The notes beneath the pieces were generated by a model. That model was not told where the DNA came from. It searched no databases and was given only the letters and a program-made list of their open reading frames with translations. Made by a program: the position numbers and the translations under genes. Below are positions 13,601 through 26,138 of a stretch of 64,000 nucleotides of DNA, piece after piece (position 1 is the stretch's first letter; each line of letters begins with the position of its first letter). The DNA comes from Mobula birostris (taxonomy: Eukaryota): assembly GCF_030028105.1 (NCBI RefSeq), contig NC_092378.1, positions 100,925,731-100,989,730 on the forward strand, written 5' to 3'.

Positions 13601-14502
13601 CAGTGTGGGAGCTACAAACTGGGGCCCACTGAGACGAAAACACGCGCACGGGAAAGCGCATGCGTACCTGCCACATTCCTGTAATCGATCCGATGTGGTT
13701 CAGTCGCACGGAAGGTTTGGACTGAAAACTTATTATTGGCCAGAGAGTGAGGTGGACAGTGGTGGGGTCGGGATGGCAGGGTCACAAACAAGGTAACACA
13801 GAGTTAAAATGATTGGCAAAAGACATGAGCATAGTTCATTTACGTGGAAGGTCAGTAAGTTGTAAAAGAAAATTGCATTAATATTTAAAAAGAAGACGTT
13901 TGCTGAGCTATGGTGGAAGAGTAGGGGAACTGGACTGAGTAAATGTAAACGAGGCAGTACAGGCAAATTGACCTCCTTCAGTGCTTGAGCAACAAATAGT
14001 GATCAATCTCTGTCCTGACAACTCTGCGTTCCCCCTCCCTGGACAACTTTACATCCACAGAATTTTATCATGGATTTACAGCCATGTGTGGAAAAGTGTT
14101 TCCTGAATTTGCCCATTTCCCTACATTGTCAATCACTGGGGGGGGGGGGGGGGGTGCCTTTGGACGGAATATTCCTACAGCACAGCATTACCTGAAAGGG
14201 TTGGAGTTGCAGACTGTGACAGCAGGGAAATCCATTGCCTTGAAGCCAGTCCGTAGGTTCACTTTGACCTCCCAGGCAAGGTAGCTCCGGATAAGGATTC
14301 CCCATTGCCAACAGACAAGACCTGTGAAGGCTAGAGTGAGCACGAACCACACAGCCCGCTTCTTGGGCCCCTCAGTCACAATTCGTTTCGGTCCGTGCGT
14401 GTTGGTGTTCTCGCAGTACCAGACCAGGAGTTCAGTGTAAGTGTAGCCCGGCCCTTTCTGCAGCCGGTGCAGGGCGCGGTTGAAGAATTGCCATACTTTC
14501 AT
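1488..14502 (-). CDS. SCNN1B: Epithelial sodium channel beta subunit, coding exons 2-8 (420 codons; remainder lies beyond the left edge)
   Basis: Exons 14192-14502, 13035-13308, 7775-7965, 7062-7165, 3587-3750, 2577-2675 and 1488-1605 join in frame. Beta-type motifs: [70 protein letters not shown]. Confidence 0.96.
2577..2675 (-). CDS. SCNN1B: SCNN1B exon 7
   Basis: [33 protein letters not shown]; 99 nt; donor CAG|GTATGC. Confidence 0.93.
3587..3750 (-). CDS. SCNN1B: SCNN1B exon 6
   Basis: [55 protein letters not shown]; 164 nt. Confidence 0.95.
3838..4156 (+). mobile_element. Mariner-derived MITE
   Basis: ~37-bp TIRs (aggggtgattgataagtttgtggcctaaggtagaagga at 3840 / tccttctaccttaggctacaacttatcaatcacccct ending 4152). 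Internal remnant [14 protein letters not shown] resembles a mariner transposase C-terminus. Confidence 0.8.
4620..6655 (+). mobile_element. Young 5'-truncated CR1 LINE with open RT frame (4903-6582), in SCNN1B intron 5
   Basis: [49 protein letters not shown]; (ttctatgt) tail; no endonuclease domain. Confidence 0.95.
7062..7165 (-). CDS. SCNN1B: SCNN1B exon 5
   Basis: [34 protein letters not shown]; 104 nt; not in the ORF track. Confidence 0.95.
7775..7965 (-). CDS. SCNN1B: SCNN1B exon 4
   Basis: [63 protein letters not shown]; 191 nt; donor GTAAGT; not in the ORF track. Confidence 0.95.
8357..12490. repeat. 45-bp minisatellite, ~92 units (TGCTGGGGGATCGCTCTGCACGGAGAGGGGAGACTGGCTTTTTAT), in SCNN1B intron 3
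   Basis: Directly visible tandem periodicity; 15-aa periodicity in the overlapping ORFs. Confidence 0.98.
13035..13308 (-). CDS. SCNN1B: SCNN1B exon 3
   Basis: [22 protein letters not shown]...[12 protein letters not shown]...YKVTMEL; 274 nt; donor GTGAGC. Confidence 0.92.
14192..14502 (-). CDS. SCNN1B: SCNN1B first coding exon (exon 2)
   Basis: [22 protein letters not shown]...NSNPF; tandem acceptor cagcag 1 nt before the ATG; donor AG|GTAATG; 311 nt. Confidence 0.96.
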
Positions 14503-14904
14503 TCTGCTGAGTACAATAGGAAACTGTCATCTTGTGCCTATAATAACTACAGCAAGTCTACCAAAACATTGTAATCTTCGTCAGGAAACTTATGTCTCTT
14601 GCACTTGTACCTTTAACATTCCTTCTTCCGAGTTAGCCATGGTTTCAGAGGTTTCAGCATTTAATACAAACTACTACTCATAATTGAATCCCACTGCTCC
14701 TCTTTATTCCTGATAGACTAGTATCAATTCCAAACTAATCCCATTCAACACTTACCTCACACAACGTACCGACGCTAAGTCATTCCCAATCACCAGCTGC
14801 CTAGCAGTATCAGTACAAATTTTACTCCCCTAATCCTCTCTCAATGCCCTGTCATTTTGCCCCCATTCTCCAGAATGCTGTTTGAATTATCAATTCTGTT
14901 TGGA

Positions 14905-15435
14905 AGTTCAAAGTAAATTTTATTATCAAAGTATCTATACAGTATGTCACCATATACCACCCTGAGATTCATTTTCTTGTGGGCATTGTCATCAAATCTA
15001 TACAATAGTAACTACAACAGGATCAATGAAAGACCACCCAACTGAGACATTCAACAAGAGTGCAGAAGACAACAAACCGATCAAATGTAAATAGCAATAA
15101 ATAGCAAGAACAGGAGGTGAAGAGTCCTTGAAAGTGAGTTCATTGGTTGTGAGGACATTTCAATGATGGGATAAGTGAAGTTGAGTTAAGTTATCCCCTT
15201 TGGCTCAAGATCCTGATGGTTGAGAGGTAGTAATGGTTCTTGAACCTGGTTGTGTGAGTCTAGAGGCTCTTGTACCTTCTACCTGATGGGAGCAGTGAGA
15301 AGACAGCATGACCTGGCTGGCGGGGATCCCTAATAATGGACGATGCCCTCCTGTGACAGTACTTCATGTAGATATGCTCAATTGTCTCGAGGGCTTTCCT
15401 CATGATGTACTGGGCTGAATCCAGTACTTGAGTCA
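14905..15435 (-). mobile_element. Rex1-like LINE 3' fragment
   Basis: ASSIIRDPRQPGHAVFSLLPSGRRYKSL; reverse-complement tail tactttgataataaa...ttactttgaac. Confidence 0.75.
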
Positions 15436-16062
15436 TTGGTAAATCAGAGCAACTGCTTATTTGGGACAACTCTTGAAGAACAAAAATTAATCGAGAAAAT
15501 AACTGGGACTCCCTTCATTTATTTGGGATGCTATGCCATTAAATTGGGACAGGAGACTGTTGACAAACAGATTCTAACTAGTGCAGTTAAATTCACTTGT
15601 GTGGCCATTAGACACAAGGAAGCAAACATTTTAAAAATGGCATTATTTGCATGTGTTTGTGTTATATTAGCCATTTAGGCTGATGGACACCGATTCAAAA
15701 AGCAGAGATGTTTGATAGTGATTTTTATTTTGACTTTATGCAGGAAGGCAATGAAGACAGTCCATTATCTGCATGAGGTGTCTGTGCTAGTTTTGTTGAT
15801 TTACAGTCAAAGAAAAGAACACAGCAGCGTAACATGGATTAATCCCTCCATTGTTAACTATTTGGAACTAATACAGTTTTAGAGTACTGTAGTGGTATTG
15901 GTAGTGTTCTAATTTGCTCTGTATTTCATTTAAATGCATAATTTATTACTGAGTTAATTGGTAGTATGTCTCTTTTAAACCCTTTAACTTCAGCTAATTG
16001 GAGCAGCCGCTTAATTGGGCCAACATGAACTGGTCCTGATGTGTCCCATTTATCCAGAATAC
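15436..16062. mobile_element. Tigger/pogo-like non-autonomous DNA element, degenerate
   Basis: Shares gcagc...ttaattgggcca..atg.actggtc termini with the element at 44502-45465. Confidence 0.5.
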
Positions 16063-16149
16063 ATATAATTTCCTTTGTATGTTTTACTTCCTACAAATTC
16101 ATATGAAACCCAACAGATACTAATACTCTGCTCTCCTTTTAAAGCTTTT

Positions 16150-16472
16150 AAAGATTAGTTTTATTTACCATATGTACATTGAAACATACAGTGAAATGCC
16201 TTATTTGTGCCAAAGCCCAACACAGCCTGATGATGAGCCGGGGGCAGCCCCTAAGTGTTCCCATGCTCCCTGCGCTAACATAGCAGGCCCACAACTTCCT
16301 AACCCGTACTTCTTTGGAAGATTGGAGGAAATCAGACCACCCAGAGAAATCCCACATGCTCATGGGGAGAACACAAAATCTCTTTCCAGTAGCTGCAGGA
16401 ATTAATCTCTGATCATCCAATTCTTGGTACTGTAAAGCTTTGTACGAAGCACAATGCTACCATGTCGCCCTA
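16150..16472 (-). mobile_element. V-domain tRNA-SINE (HE1-like)
   Basis: Reverse complement contains ttctccccatgagcatgtgggatttctctgggtggtctgatttcctcc...ccaaaga. Confidence 0.7.
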
Positions 16473-17689
16473 CCAACCTCACTGCCCTTCCTCACCCTAT
16501 TATACACCAATCTTCATTTGAATCCATCGTCCCTCGCTTCCCATAACCCAACTTCCACTGTATCAATCACAAAGTACTCTTGTGCCTCATTTGCGCTGTA
16601 CCTACTTCTACAAGCATATGTCAGATATCCTCTATAAACCTACAATCCTCCCTCCTTGTGCTGCTGGGTACAACCAGAATGAGCGAAAGTGTTCACAGTC
16701 TGCTGCCAGGGCTGAAGAATAATATTCACGGGGAAAGGTCGGCACAGCAAGTCATTTTATTTGGCACGAAGGAAGATGAGAAGAAATTTAATTCAATGGT
16801 ATGAAGTGAGAAGGTGATGAGACCAGTTGACCACTTGTCATCTACCTGACAACACGGAAAATGAGCCAGCTATGCACAGTTCACAAAATACTGGAGAAAG
16901 TCAATCTATCCAGTTACACCCAACCAGTGTGCTTCTGATCTTGGGTAAAGTGATGTAAAGTTATTGACAGAGCTGACGGGCACCATCTACTCATTAATAA
17001 TCAGCTCACTGATGCCCATTTTGGGTTTCACCAAGGCCCCTCAGCTCTAGAACGGATTACAGCCATGGTTCAAAGAGCTGTGTAACAGTGCTGAGGTGAC
17101 ATTAGATGCCCTTAGCATCAAGGTATAATATTGACTGTATGCAGCATCAAGGACCTCTGGTAAAATGGAAGTCAGGCGTCCAAAGGGTAACCTCTCTGAT
17201 AGCTGTAGCCATACCTCACACAAAGGAAGAGAGTTACAGTTGTTGGAGGTTATTCATCCCATTCCCAGGTCATCACTTCAAGAATTCCACAGGTTAGAGT
17301 TCTAGGCCCAACAATCTACAGCTGCCTCACTAATAACCTCTGTTCATCATCATGTTAGAAGGGGCAATATTTGTTCACAATTGCACAGTTCCATTTGCTG
17401 CTCCTTAATAAATGAAGCAAGCCATGCCTGCAGGCAGTCAGATTTAGCCAATCACCTCCATTTGGCATTCTGTAACATTACCTCAAAATGTACTATTTCT
17501 GGATACTGTTCCAAACCCACAACCTCTCCCACCAGTAAAGATCATTGCACTTGGAGGGTCCTGTCTAAATTGTACATTATCCTGATTGTCATTGCTGGGT
17601 CTAAATTTTGGAATTCTCTCTTCAACAGTTGTGCAAGGACCTGGACCCACTGCAATTTGCCTAGCGCCAAAATAGGTCTACGGTGGACA

Positions 17690-18737
17690 CAACCTCGTTG
17701 GCTCTTCACACGGGCTTGGATCACCTAGACAATATAAATACGTCGAGATGCTATTTATTGACTACAGCTCAGCATTTAACACAGTCATTCCCACAGTTCT
17801 GATTGAAAAGCTCCAGAACCTGGGCCTCTGTACCTCCTTCTGTAACTGGATCCTCAACTCCCTAACCAATTGACTACAATCTGTGCAAATCAGAAACAAC
17901 ATCCCTATTTTGCTGACAACAGTGCTGCACCTCAGGGATGTGTGCTCTACTCTCTCTATACCCATGACTGTGTGGTGAGACACAGCTCAAATGCCCTTGA
18001 TAAATTTGCTAATCATACAAACATTGTTGGCAGAATTGCAGACGGTGACAAGAGGGCATACAGGAGTGAGATATATCAGCCAGTCAAGTGGTGTTACGGT
18101 AACAATCTTGCGCAACATCAGTAAGCATAAAGAACTGAGTGTGGACTGCAAAAAGAGTAATATGAGGGAGCACACACTAGTCCTCATAGAGGGATCAGAA
18201 GTGGAAAGAGTGAGCAATTTCAAATTGCTGGGTATCAGTATCTCTGAGGATCTAACTGGTCCCAACATATCGATGCAGCTACAAAAAAGGCACGACAGCG
18301 GCTAGGTTTCATTAGGAGTTTGAGGAGATTTGGTATGTCACCAAAAACACCAAAAGCAGGGGTGGGGTGGGAGGCACTCCTGCTGCAGAGAGTTGTAAAC
18401 TCAGTCATCTCCATCATGGGCACCAGCCTCTGTAGTATCCAGGACATCTTCAAGGAGCAATGCCTTGAAAAGGACCTCCATCACCCAGGACATGCCTTGT
18501 TCTCATTGCTGCCATTAGGAAAGAGGTACAGGAATGTGAGGGCACACACTCAGTGATTCAGGGAAAGCTTCTTTCCCTCAGTCATCGGATTTTGGAATAG
18601 ACATTGAACCCATAAACACTACCTCACTACTTTCTTAATTCCTATTTTTGAACGACTTATTGAACTATTTAATATATATCTTATTGTAATGCACAGTTTT
18701 TTTTCCTCTATTATTATGTATTGCATTGTACTGCTGA
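17690..18737 (+). mobile_element. Rex1-like LINE fragment (degenerate)
   Basis: [48 protein letters not shown]; frameshifted. Confidence 0.85.
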
Positions 18738-18739
18738 CT

Positions 18740-19118
18740 GGTCAGGTCACTGGTCTGAGTGCTACTGGTACCATGTAACCCAGTACTACCTGTCGCATGG
18801 TCGGGTGGTCGCTACTAAACTGGCTCCCCCACCAGGCTTGCCCTCTCGTAGGGTCAATGGCCATCTAGCAAACAGGTGCCATAAAGCGCATAAAGGGCAT
18901 CCCTTGCATCGAAGCTTGGTCTGGCCATTCACTGCAAGAGAACTTCCCCCAGCCATCTTGGATCCCACCATGCTGCTGGATCCGGGAGGGGATGTCGGGA
19001 GGGTGGGTCTGGACCTGTGCAATCCCCTACTCACCTAAAACCCATTCACGCACATGCTGTTCCTTTCTGAGGAGTGGGGTACCACCCCGATAACTGACTG
19101 AAAGAAACCATCATCATC
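18740..19118 (+). mobile_element. Unclassified SINE-like repeat with (CAT)n tail, possibly RTE-mobilised
   Basis: GC-rich insert interrupting the Rex1 tail, which resumes near 19190; ends in ccatcatcatc. Confidence 0.45.
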
Positions 19119-19550
19119 CTATGGGATAGAGATAGAGATAGAGATATAGAGATAGAGAGAGAGAGAGAGAGAGAGAAAAGAAAAAAAAATGCTGCCTCAA
19201 AGTCAACAAATTTCATGACATATGTTGGTGATATTAAACCCGATTCTGATTCTGAATGGCAGTAAGGGGGTTGTCTCATTTGAAAGGAGGCTGACCATCA
19301 CCTTATCAAGGACAGTCAGGATGGGCAATAAATTTTGATCTTGCCAGCATCACTTAAATTAATAAAGAACTATTGCTTTCGTCTAAGAGCTCTGGGACCA
19401 GGGGTCCAAGGTCCCAGGTAAATGAAGAAGCACTAGTGGGAAGATCAGGAAAGATGTTTTCATTAGGAGAAATAGAGCAGCTAGTGAAGATTACTGCCTG
19501 AGAGAGCCATAGCAGCAGAAACCCTCATCATGTGTAGGATGCATGAAGTA

Positions 19551-19812
19551 GGTGGCACGGTAGTGTAGTGGTTAGCACAACGGCTATGGCACCAGCAGCC
19601 TGGGTTGAATTCCTGCCAATGTCTGCACGTTCTCCCCGTAACTGCGTGGGTGTCGTCTGGGTGCCCAGTTTCCTCCCACAGTCCAAAGACACACCTTACT
19701 TGGTAAGTTAATTGTCTTGTGATTAGGCTGCGACTGAATTCAGGGCATTGCTAGGTGGCGTGGCTCCAAGGACAGGAAGGGCATATTCCTTACTGTATCT
19801 CAATAAATAAAT
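19551..19812 (+). mobile_element. V-domain tRNA-SINE (HE1-like)
   Basis: A/B-box-like head ggtagtgtagtggttagc...gggttgaattcc; V-domain tctccccgt..ctgcgtggg..tttcctcccacagtccaaagac; aataa tail. Confidence 0.8.
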
Positions 19813-20084
19813 AAAGGTGTGTTCAGTATGAACTGAAAGAAAGATCAAACCAGATTTCTTGTTTTCTTTGACCCCCATGGGCTGAGTGATCTCCCACTGT
19901 GCCATGTATTTCTAGGGTTCTATGCTCAAACCCTAAATAAACCTCAAGTCTGTGCCTTTCTCAGCCAGAACTTAAAATTGACTTTTCCCTCACAGAGTAA
20001 ATGTCCTGTGGACGTTCACCCTGTGGATATATATGGTATGGAAAAAGAAACTTTGGCTCACCAAGTCCTTGCTAGCCATCTATT

Positions 20085-20325
20085 GGCACTATAGTCTCTT
20101 CATATTCCCATTAATTCTACCTTTCATTAACACACTAATAAGGAATTTATAGTGACCAATAAACCTACCAAACACACATTTCTTTCGGATATGGGTAAAA
20201 ACGTGGTTCCAAGGATAATTTGCAATGTCCATACAGACAACACCAGAAGCTGGGATCCGAACCCATCTCCGGCACTGTTCGGGAGTGACTCTACCGATGA
20301 TGCCGCTTTGCTGCCCTTGCCGTCT
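20085..20325 (-). mobile_element. Degenerate tRNA-SINE
   Basis: Reverse complement has ggcagcaaagcggc...ggtagagtcac...gggttcggatccc head. Confidence 0.5.
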
Positions 20326-21059
20326 CTCATCACTACGCTTTCCCATTGCTGGGCTGTGGCATCCATATAGAACTTACAGTCAGCTTTAGTTACCTCCAGC
20401 ACTGATGTCAACTGGGTTGGGAGATTTGTTTAGACTCCAGTGGTTTGGCAAGTGATAACGGAACAGCCAGTTTGTTCTGTCTCGAATAAAATCGGACCCG
20501 CCTGGAACTACTCAGCAGTCTGTGGAAAGAAACACAGGATCAATGGTTAGGGTGGCTGGCCTTGCTTCCGAGCAGGATAGTAACCTTCTGGGGAAATCCA
20601 GCTGCCCTTTATTGCAGGATTTTGCCGCACGAGTTTTATTGTGTTTATGGGATGGAGTTGGGCTGAGTTCAATTTCTTAACTTCTCCGATGCCGTTAGTC
20701 TTACTACAAGTTGTAAGGCACTTTTTCAAAGGGAGGGAATTTTTTTTGGGTGGCTGATAATCTCAACGACGCACAATAGAAAGCCAGTCGGGCTCACACC
20801 CGCCCCGGTCAGAGAAATATCCATTGCTGGATATTCTCCAGGATCTGCGACCGAGAAACGGATGCGATCTCTCACCCACACCCGTATGACAAAATCAAAA
20901 TATTTACATCGTGCCGTATACAATTCGTGGGCAACGTTTAATGCAATAGCTAATATATCATGGAAGCTCTATGTGCTAAGTTTTAGAAACAAAACATACA
21001 CTAATCATAAATGGGCTGCAGTTTGTTCAAAATACAGCTGCAAAAAATCTTAACCAAAA

Positions 21060-21605
21060 AAAGATAAATCTGAGCACATTTTACCAGTTTTGGCATCTGT
21101 CAGCCGGTGTCCTTTAGGATCAATTTTAAAATACATTTATAAAACGCTCAGAGTAATCTAGCTCCTCTGTATATTTTGGAGCGTCAATCCCTTACATCCC
21201 TAATAGTAATCTTAGATCCGCGAACACTGATTTGCTTCGTGTTTCTAGAGCCAAACATATAAGAACTGGCGATGCGCCCTTTTGCTCTTCTGCACCAAAG
21301 ATCTGGAATACTCTACCGACTGAGGTATGCCAGGCTAGTACTGTGGAACGTTTCAAAACATTTCTTTAAAAAAACCGTTTTTTTAATTTGACCTACTTAT
21401 AGAATTACTTAATGTCCGCTGATGTTGATTACATTGATATAATTTAGTATATTCGATTACATTTTATTCTTTACGTTTGTCTTATGATTTTTTAATTGTG
21501 TCTCGTATTTTATGACTATATTGATTTATCTTTACAATCTATGTAAAGCACCTCGACCCTACACCTTTATGACAGGTGCTAAATAAATAAAATTATTGTC
21601 ATTAT
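21060..21605 (+). mobile_element. L2 LINE 3' fragment
   Basis: gagcacattttaccagttttggcatct...tttaggatcaattttaaa (HI.PVLAS...FRI.FK), aagatctggaatactctacc, and an aataaataaaattatt tail. Confidence 0.6.
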
Positions 21606-21837
21606 TTTTCAAACATTGTGCACACATTGACGAAGGGTTGTAAAGGCAGTTGGAACTTCTCTTATGGATATAGATTAAAATAAACTTTAATATTAATCAT
21701 GGGTTTCTGTAGAGATTAAGTTGAAAATTCTGTACGATAGCAGTTGGAAAAACTTTGTTTTATCTCCCGTAAATAATATTAAACCCCTGCGCCACGAATC
21801 TACGATATAATCTATAAATAACAACTCATATCCTCAC

Positions 21838-22160
21838 CTTTTAAGTCCGCGCACCTGCAGATCCTCGGAAGTTTTGAAGCGGCGGAACTCGCAGTTAGAA
21901 GAAAGGCCAAGAGGAGGAGGGTGAAAAGGGCAGAAAAACGGGATAAGACAAAATAAAAGAGGGATATGTAGAAGTCGGGGAAAGAGAAGGAATCAGCTTC
22001 ACCTGCTTAGTTCTGTTTCGGTCCGTACGGAGGGAAAAGAACCTGCGCCGGCTCAAACCTGAACAATTGCTATCAAGCCCCGCGCATCAGCTTGACCTGG
22101 TTAGCAAGTCGGCCAGATCACAGAGTAACGCTGCTACAGGCCAACGCAAAGGCGCACGTA
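21838..22160 (-). promoter_or_regulatory. Candidate non-coding first exon / CpG-rich promoter of SCNN1B
   Basis: Local CpG enrichment in unique sequence with a strong donor AAG|GTGAGG at 21838/21837. Exon 2 has an acceptor immediately before the ATG, so an upstream exon is required. Confidence 0.35.
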
Positions 22161-22164
22161 ATCA

Positions 22165-22299
22165 GACACACACACACCCACCCACCATCCCACCCACACA
22201 TACGTGCGCGCTCAGACACACACACACACACACACGCATACAAACACACACACACACCACCCCACCCACACGTACGTGCGCGCGCGCGCACACACACAC

Positions 22300-22340
<41 letters not shown>
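22165..22340. repeat. (CA)n / (CG)n microsatellite
   Basis: Visible dinucleotide runs; (GT)n(AT)n also at 22705-22751. Confidence 0.9.
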
Positions 22341-22708
22341 TCCACTAAATTCACTAAAGTTTAAACAATAAAAACGCACACACACAAACACGAAATAATA
22401 CCAGAAACACCACACACACGTGCACATGCATTCGCTCACACTCATTTTCACGTTACCGTGCACTCTAACATAGACATGCACTTAAATACACATACAAATT
22501 CACAATAACGTACAGAACTCAAATACACTGATACAACCACATTGCAGAGACGCCAGGCTATACAAAAGTCATACTTACAGACATACAGATAAAAGTACAT
22601 ATATACCCCTTCTCAAGAACTTACACATATATACTGTCTGAAATGCACACTCACATTCACATGCACTATAGTCATTCAATTATACTTTAATACACATACA
22701 CTGATGTA

Positions 22709-22754
<46 letters not shown>

Positions 22755-22799
22755 TATAAATATATAATTGCACACACAGACTCAGGCACATATGCACAA

Positions 22800-24177
22800 T
22801 CAAAAGGACAATTATTTCAGTGCCTGGGAAGAGTAATGTGAACTGCCTTATTGACTGTCATCCTGTAGCACTCACATCTACAGTGATGAAATGCTTTCAG
22901 AGGTTGGTCATGGCTAGAATCAACTCCTGCCTCAGCAAGGACCTGAACTTGCTGCAATTTGCCTATTGCCACAATAGATCTACAGCAGACACAATCTTAA
23001 TGGCTCTTTGCATGGCCTTTGATCACCCGGACAACACAAACACCCATGTCAGGATACTGTTCATTGACTATAGCACTTAATACCATCATGGCACTGTCCT
23101 GATCGACAAGCTACAGAACCTGGGCCTCTGCAATTGGATCCTTAACTTCCTAACTGGAAGACCACAATCTGTGCAGAATGGTGATAATATCTTCTCCTCT
23201 CTGACGATCAACACTGGCACAACTCAGGGATGTGTGCTTAGCCTGCTGCTTCACTCTCTCTACACAAATGACTGTGTGGCTAGACATTGCTCAAATACCA
23301 TCTATAAATCTGCTGATCATATAACCATTGTTGGTAGTATCTCAGGTGGTGACGAGAGGGCGTACAGGAGTGAGATATGCCAACCAGTGGAGTGGTGTCG
23401 CAGCAACAACCTGGCACTCACCATCAGTAAGACCAAAATGCCGTTTGTGGACTTCAGGAAGGGTAAGTCAAGGGAACATGAACCAATCCTTATAGAGGGA
23501 TCAGAAGTGGAGAGAGTGAGCAGCTTCAAATTTCTGGAAGTCAAATTCTCTGGAGGTCTAATTGGTCCCAACATATTGATGCAGCTATAAAGAAGGAGAT
23601 TTGGTTTCTCACCTAAAACACTCAGAAACATCTACAGATGTACCATGGGGAGCATTCTGACAGGCTGCAACACTGTCTGGTCTGAGGGCATGTGGTTACT
23701 GCACAACATCGAAAGAAGCTAAAGAAAGTTGTAAAATTAGTCAGCTCTGTCTTGGGTACTAGCCTCCATAGTATCCAAGACATCTTCAGATAGTGGTGCC
23801 TCAGAAAGGCTGTGTCCATTATTAAGGACTTCCATCACACGGGACATGCCCTCTTCTCACTGTTACCATTAGGAAAGAGGTACAGAAGCCTGAAGGTACA
23901 CACTCTACGATTCAGGAACAGCTTCTTCCCCTCTGCCATCCGATTCCTAAATGGACATTGAACACATGAACATTACCTCACTTTTTTTTTTTATATTACC
24001 TGTATTTCCGATTTTACTCTACTTTAAATTTAACTATTTGATATACATATTAAATTACTTATTGTAATTGATTTAGTTATTTATTTTCTCAGTATTATCA
24101 TGAATTACATTGTACTGCTGCCGCTAAGTTGACAAATTTCACGACATATTCCGGTGATATTAAACCTGATTCTGATT
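22800..24177 (+). mobile_element. Rex1-like LINE, 5'-truncated and degenerate
   Basis: [55 protein letters not shown]; tail aaacctgattctgattc. Confidence 0.9.
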
Positions 24178-24225
24178 CATTGGTGCTCTAAGTGCCAACA
24201 GTGTAATGGGCTGCAAGTAAGGAAG

Positions 24226-25450
24226 TGTCATAAGGGGGGGCATTGGGAGTGTACCCTAAAGCAAGACACAGACACAAGGAACAGGATCAGGATTATCGAG
24301 ATAGCAAGGTGAGTCAGGAAGAAATGACACTGGACATTGACACAGGCCCTGGACGAGACTAGGATTCAGGGCCTGGGCTAGAAGCATGGGACCCAGACGT
24401 GGAAGTAGGAAAAAGGAGCCTGGACCAGGAACTCAGAACTCCAGAACCAGAGTCTGGACAAGGACCTGGAACCTGGGTCTTGGATGGGAATTGGAACTGG
24501 AACCTGGGCCTAGGCTAGGACTCGGGACTAGGATCTTGGCAAGGACAGGACGTGGCTACAGGACTGGACGTGGAACTCCTGCACAGGATGAGGCACACGG
24601 ACAGGACGAGAACACAAAGCCTTGACTTGGACAGGACGAGGTTTTTGGATGTGGTTTGGACAGGATGAGAGACTCCTGGACAGGACGAGGGATCTCCAGC
24701 ATCGGGTTGGGCGAGGAATCTCCAGCACAGGACATGACTCTTGAACTAGATTCAGCTTGGCTCTTGGACTCCGCTTGGTTAGGCTCTTAGGTACTGAGCC
24801 GGGACTCATCCGTGGAGCGCAGGGCCGGAGCCCTTTCTTGGACTCAGGGCCGGGATGACTACTGAGGTAAACTGCCAAGGATTTGGGTGGGATGATCCAG
24901 CACAGGACGAGGAATCTCCAGCACTGGGCTGGGCAAGGTACTCCTGGACTGGGTGAGGCCATGAAGCTCAGACTTGGACAGGGCTGGAACATGGTGCCGG
25001 GACTTGGTCTTGGAACACAGGAACACAGAGCCTTGGACTTGAGCACAGGAACACGGAACACAGAGTCAGGACACCTCCTTGGGAAGCACAGGACGTAGGG
25101 CTGGGACTCGTATACAGAACACGGTTACTAAACATGGGGGCACAAAGAGACAGTTCCAAACTCAACGATAGATACTTCCTTCTCTTGGCGTGGCAAGGCT
25201 CCAGTCTCACTCCAGCGGTTGAACTTGACGAGGTTGCAGGTGGAGGTTCAGAAGGAAGCAGAAGGGAAGGGAACAGTCCACAAAACAACACCTGGTTTGC
25301 AGAGGTATTTATGTGCCTGACCAAAATGAGAATCAGGTGCCTCAATTAAGGCACCCAACAGAACAAGGGAGAAAACAGGAAAACCTGGAACAAGGATCGA
25401 TGGACTGGACTGTGAACCAGAATCCAGACTTCACGGACCGGACCATGACA
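24226..25450 (-). mobile_element. Solo LTR (TGTCA...TGACA) with internal short tandem repeats
   Basis: Termini TGTCAT at 24226 and ATGACA ending 25450; flanks GGAAG / GGAAA (5-bp TSD with one mismatch); CATAAATA on the minus strand near 25310. Confidence 0.75.
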
Positions 25451-26138
25451 GGAAACAATAATATTTAAAAAAAGGAGGAAACTATGAGATTAAATTAACA
25501 GGAACGTTAAAGTAAAATGGATCCTACTGAGAAAATAAATATCAGAAATTAAATGATGCACAGGCAACAAGGTTAAAATCACAAGAAATTATAGTGAAGC
25601 ATCAAATAAATGAATATTCTGTCTTGATCTTTACCAGGGATTTAATATTGTAGGATGAGGCCAGGTCCCCAGCTTGAAGTCCTCATTCATACCACTACAA
25701 ATGGCAAGAGCATGAAAAGTTTTGGTGTATGGGGGGTGGTGGTGAGCTGGATGTTCTTGTATTCGAATCACTGCAGCAAGCGAGTTGAAATACAAATGAC
25801 ATATTGCCATAATTGCTAAAGGACTTGAGAATGAAACTAAAGACACCTTATTGGCGCTGGAATACCTCCTTTGGTCTGGTCTCCTTATCCATAGAAGGAT
25901 CTACTAGCAATAGAATAAGTAGGATCGGCAGACTAACTCCTGAGATGGGGAATTAGGGATATTGGTCCCTAGAGACTTGAAGAAATGTAAACTTTTACCA
26001 CTGAAATATAAGATTCTACTGCGATTTCATGGATCCAGGGAAGATGTTTCCATTCAGGATAATTTTTACATCAGTGATTAACCTTCATTATGATGTAAGA
26101 AACCAGAGTGGGAACTCAACTCACACAGGCACAAGGAG

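Noticed and set aside
19551-19625. tRNA gene
   Set aside because: tRNA-derived SINE head followed by a V-domain; no complete cloverleaf. The same applies at 37791.
20460-20478. Glucocorticoid/mineralocorticoid response element (GGAACA...TGTTCT)
   Set aside because: Spacer is about 7 nt rather than 3. No canonical GRE was spotted by eye; a motif scan is needed.
22067-22481. His/Thr- and Cys/Val-rich ORFs
   Set aside because: Translations of the (CA)n microsatellite.
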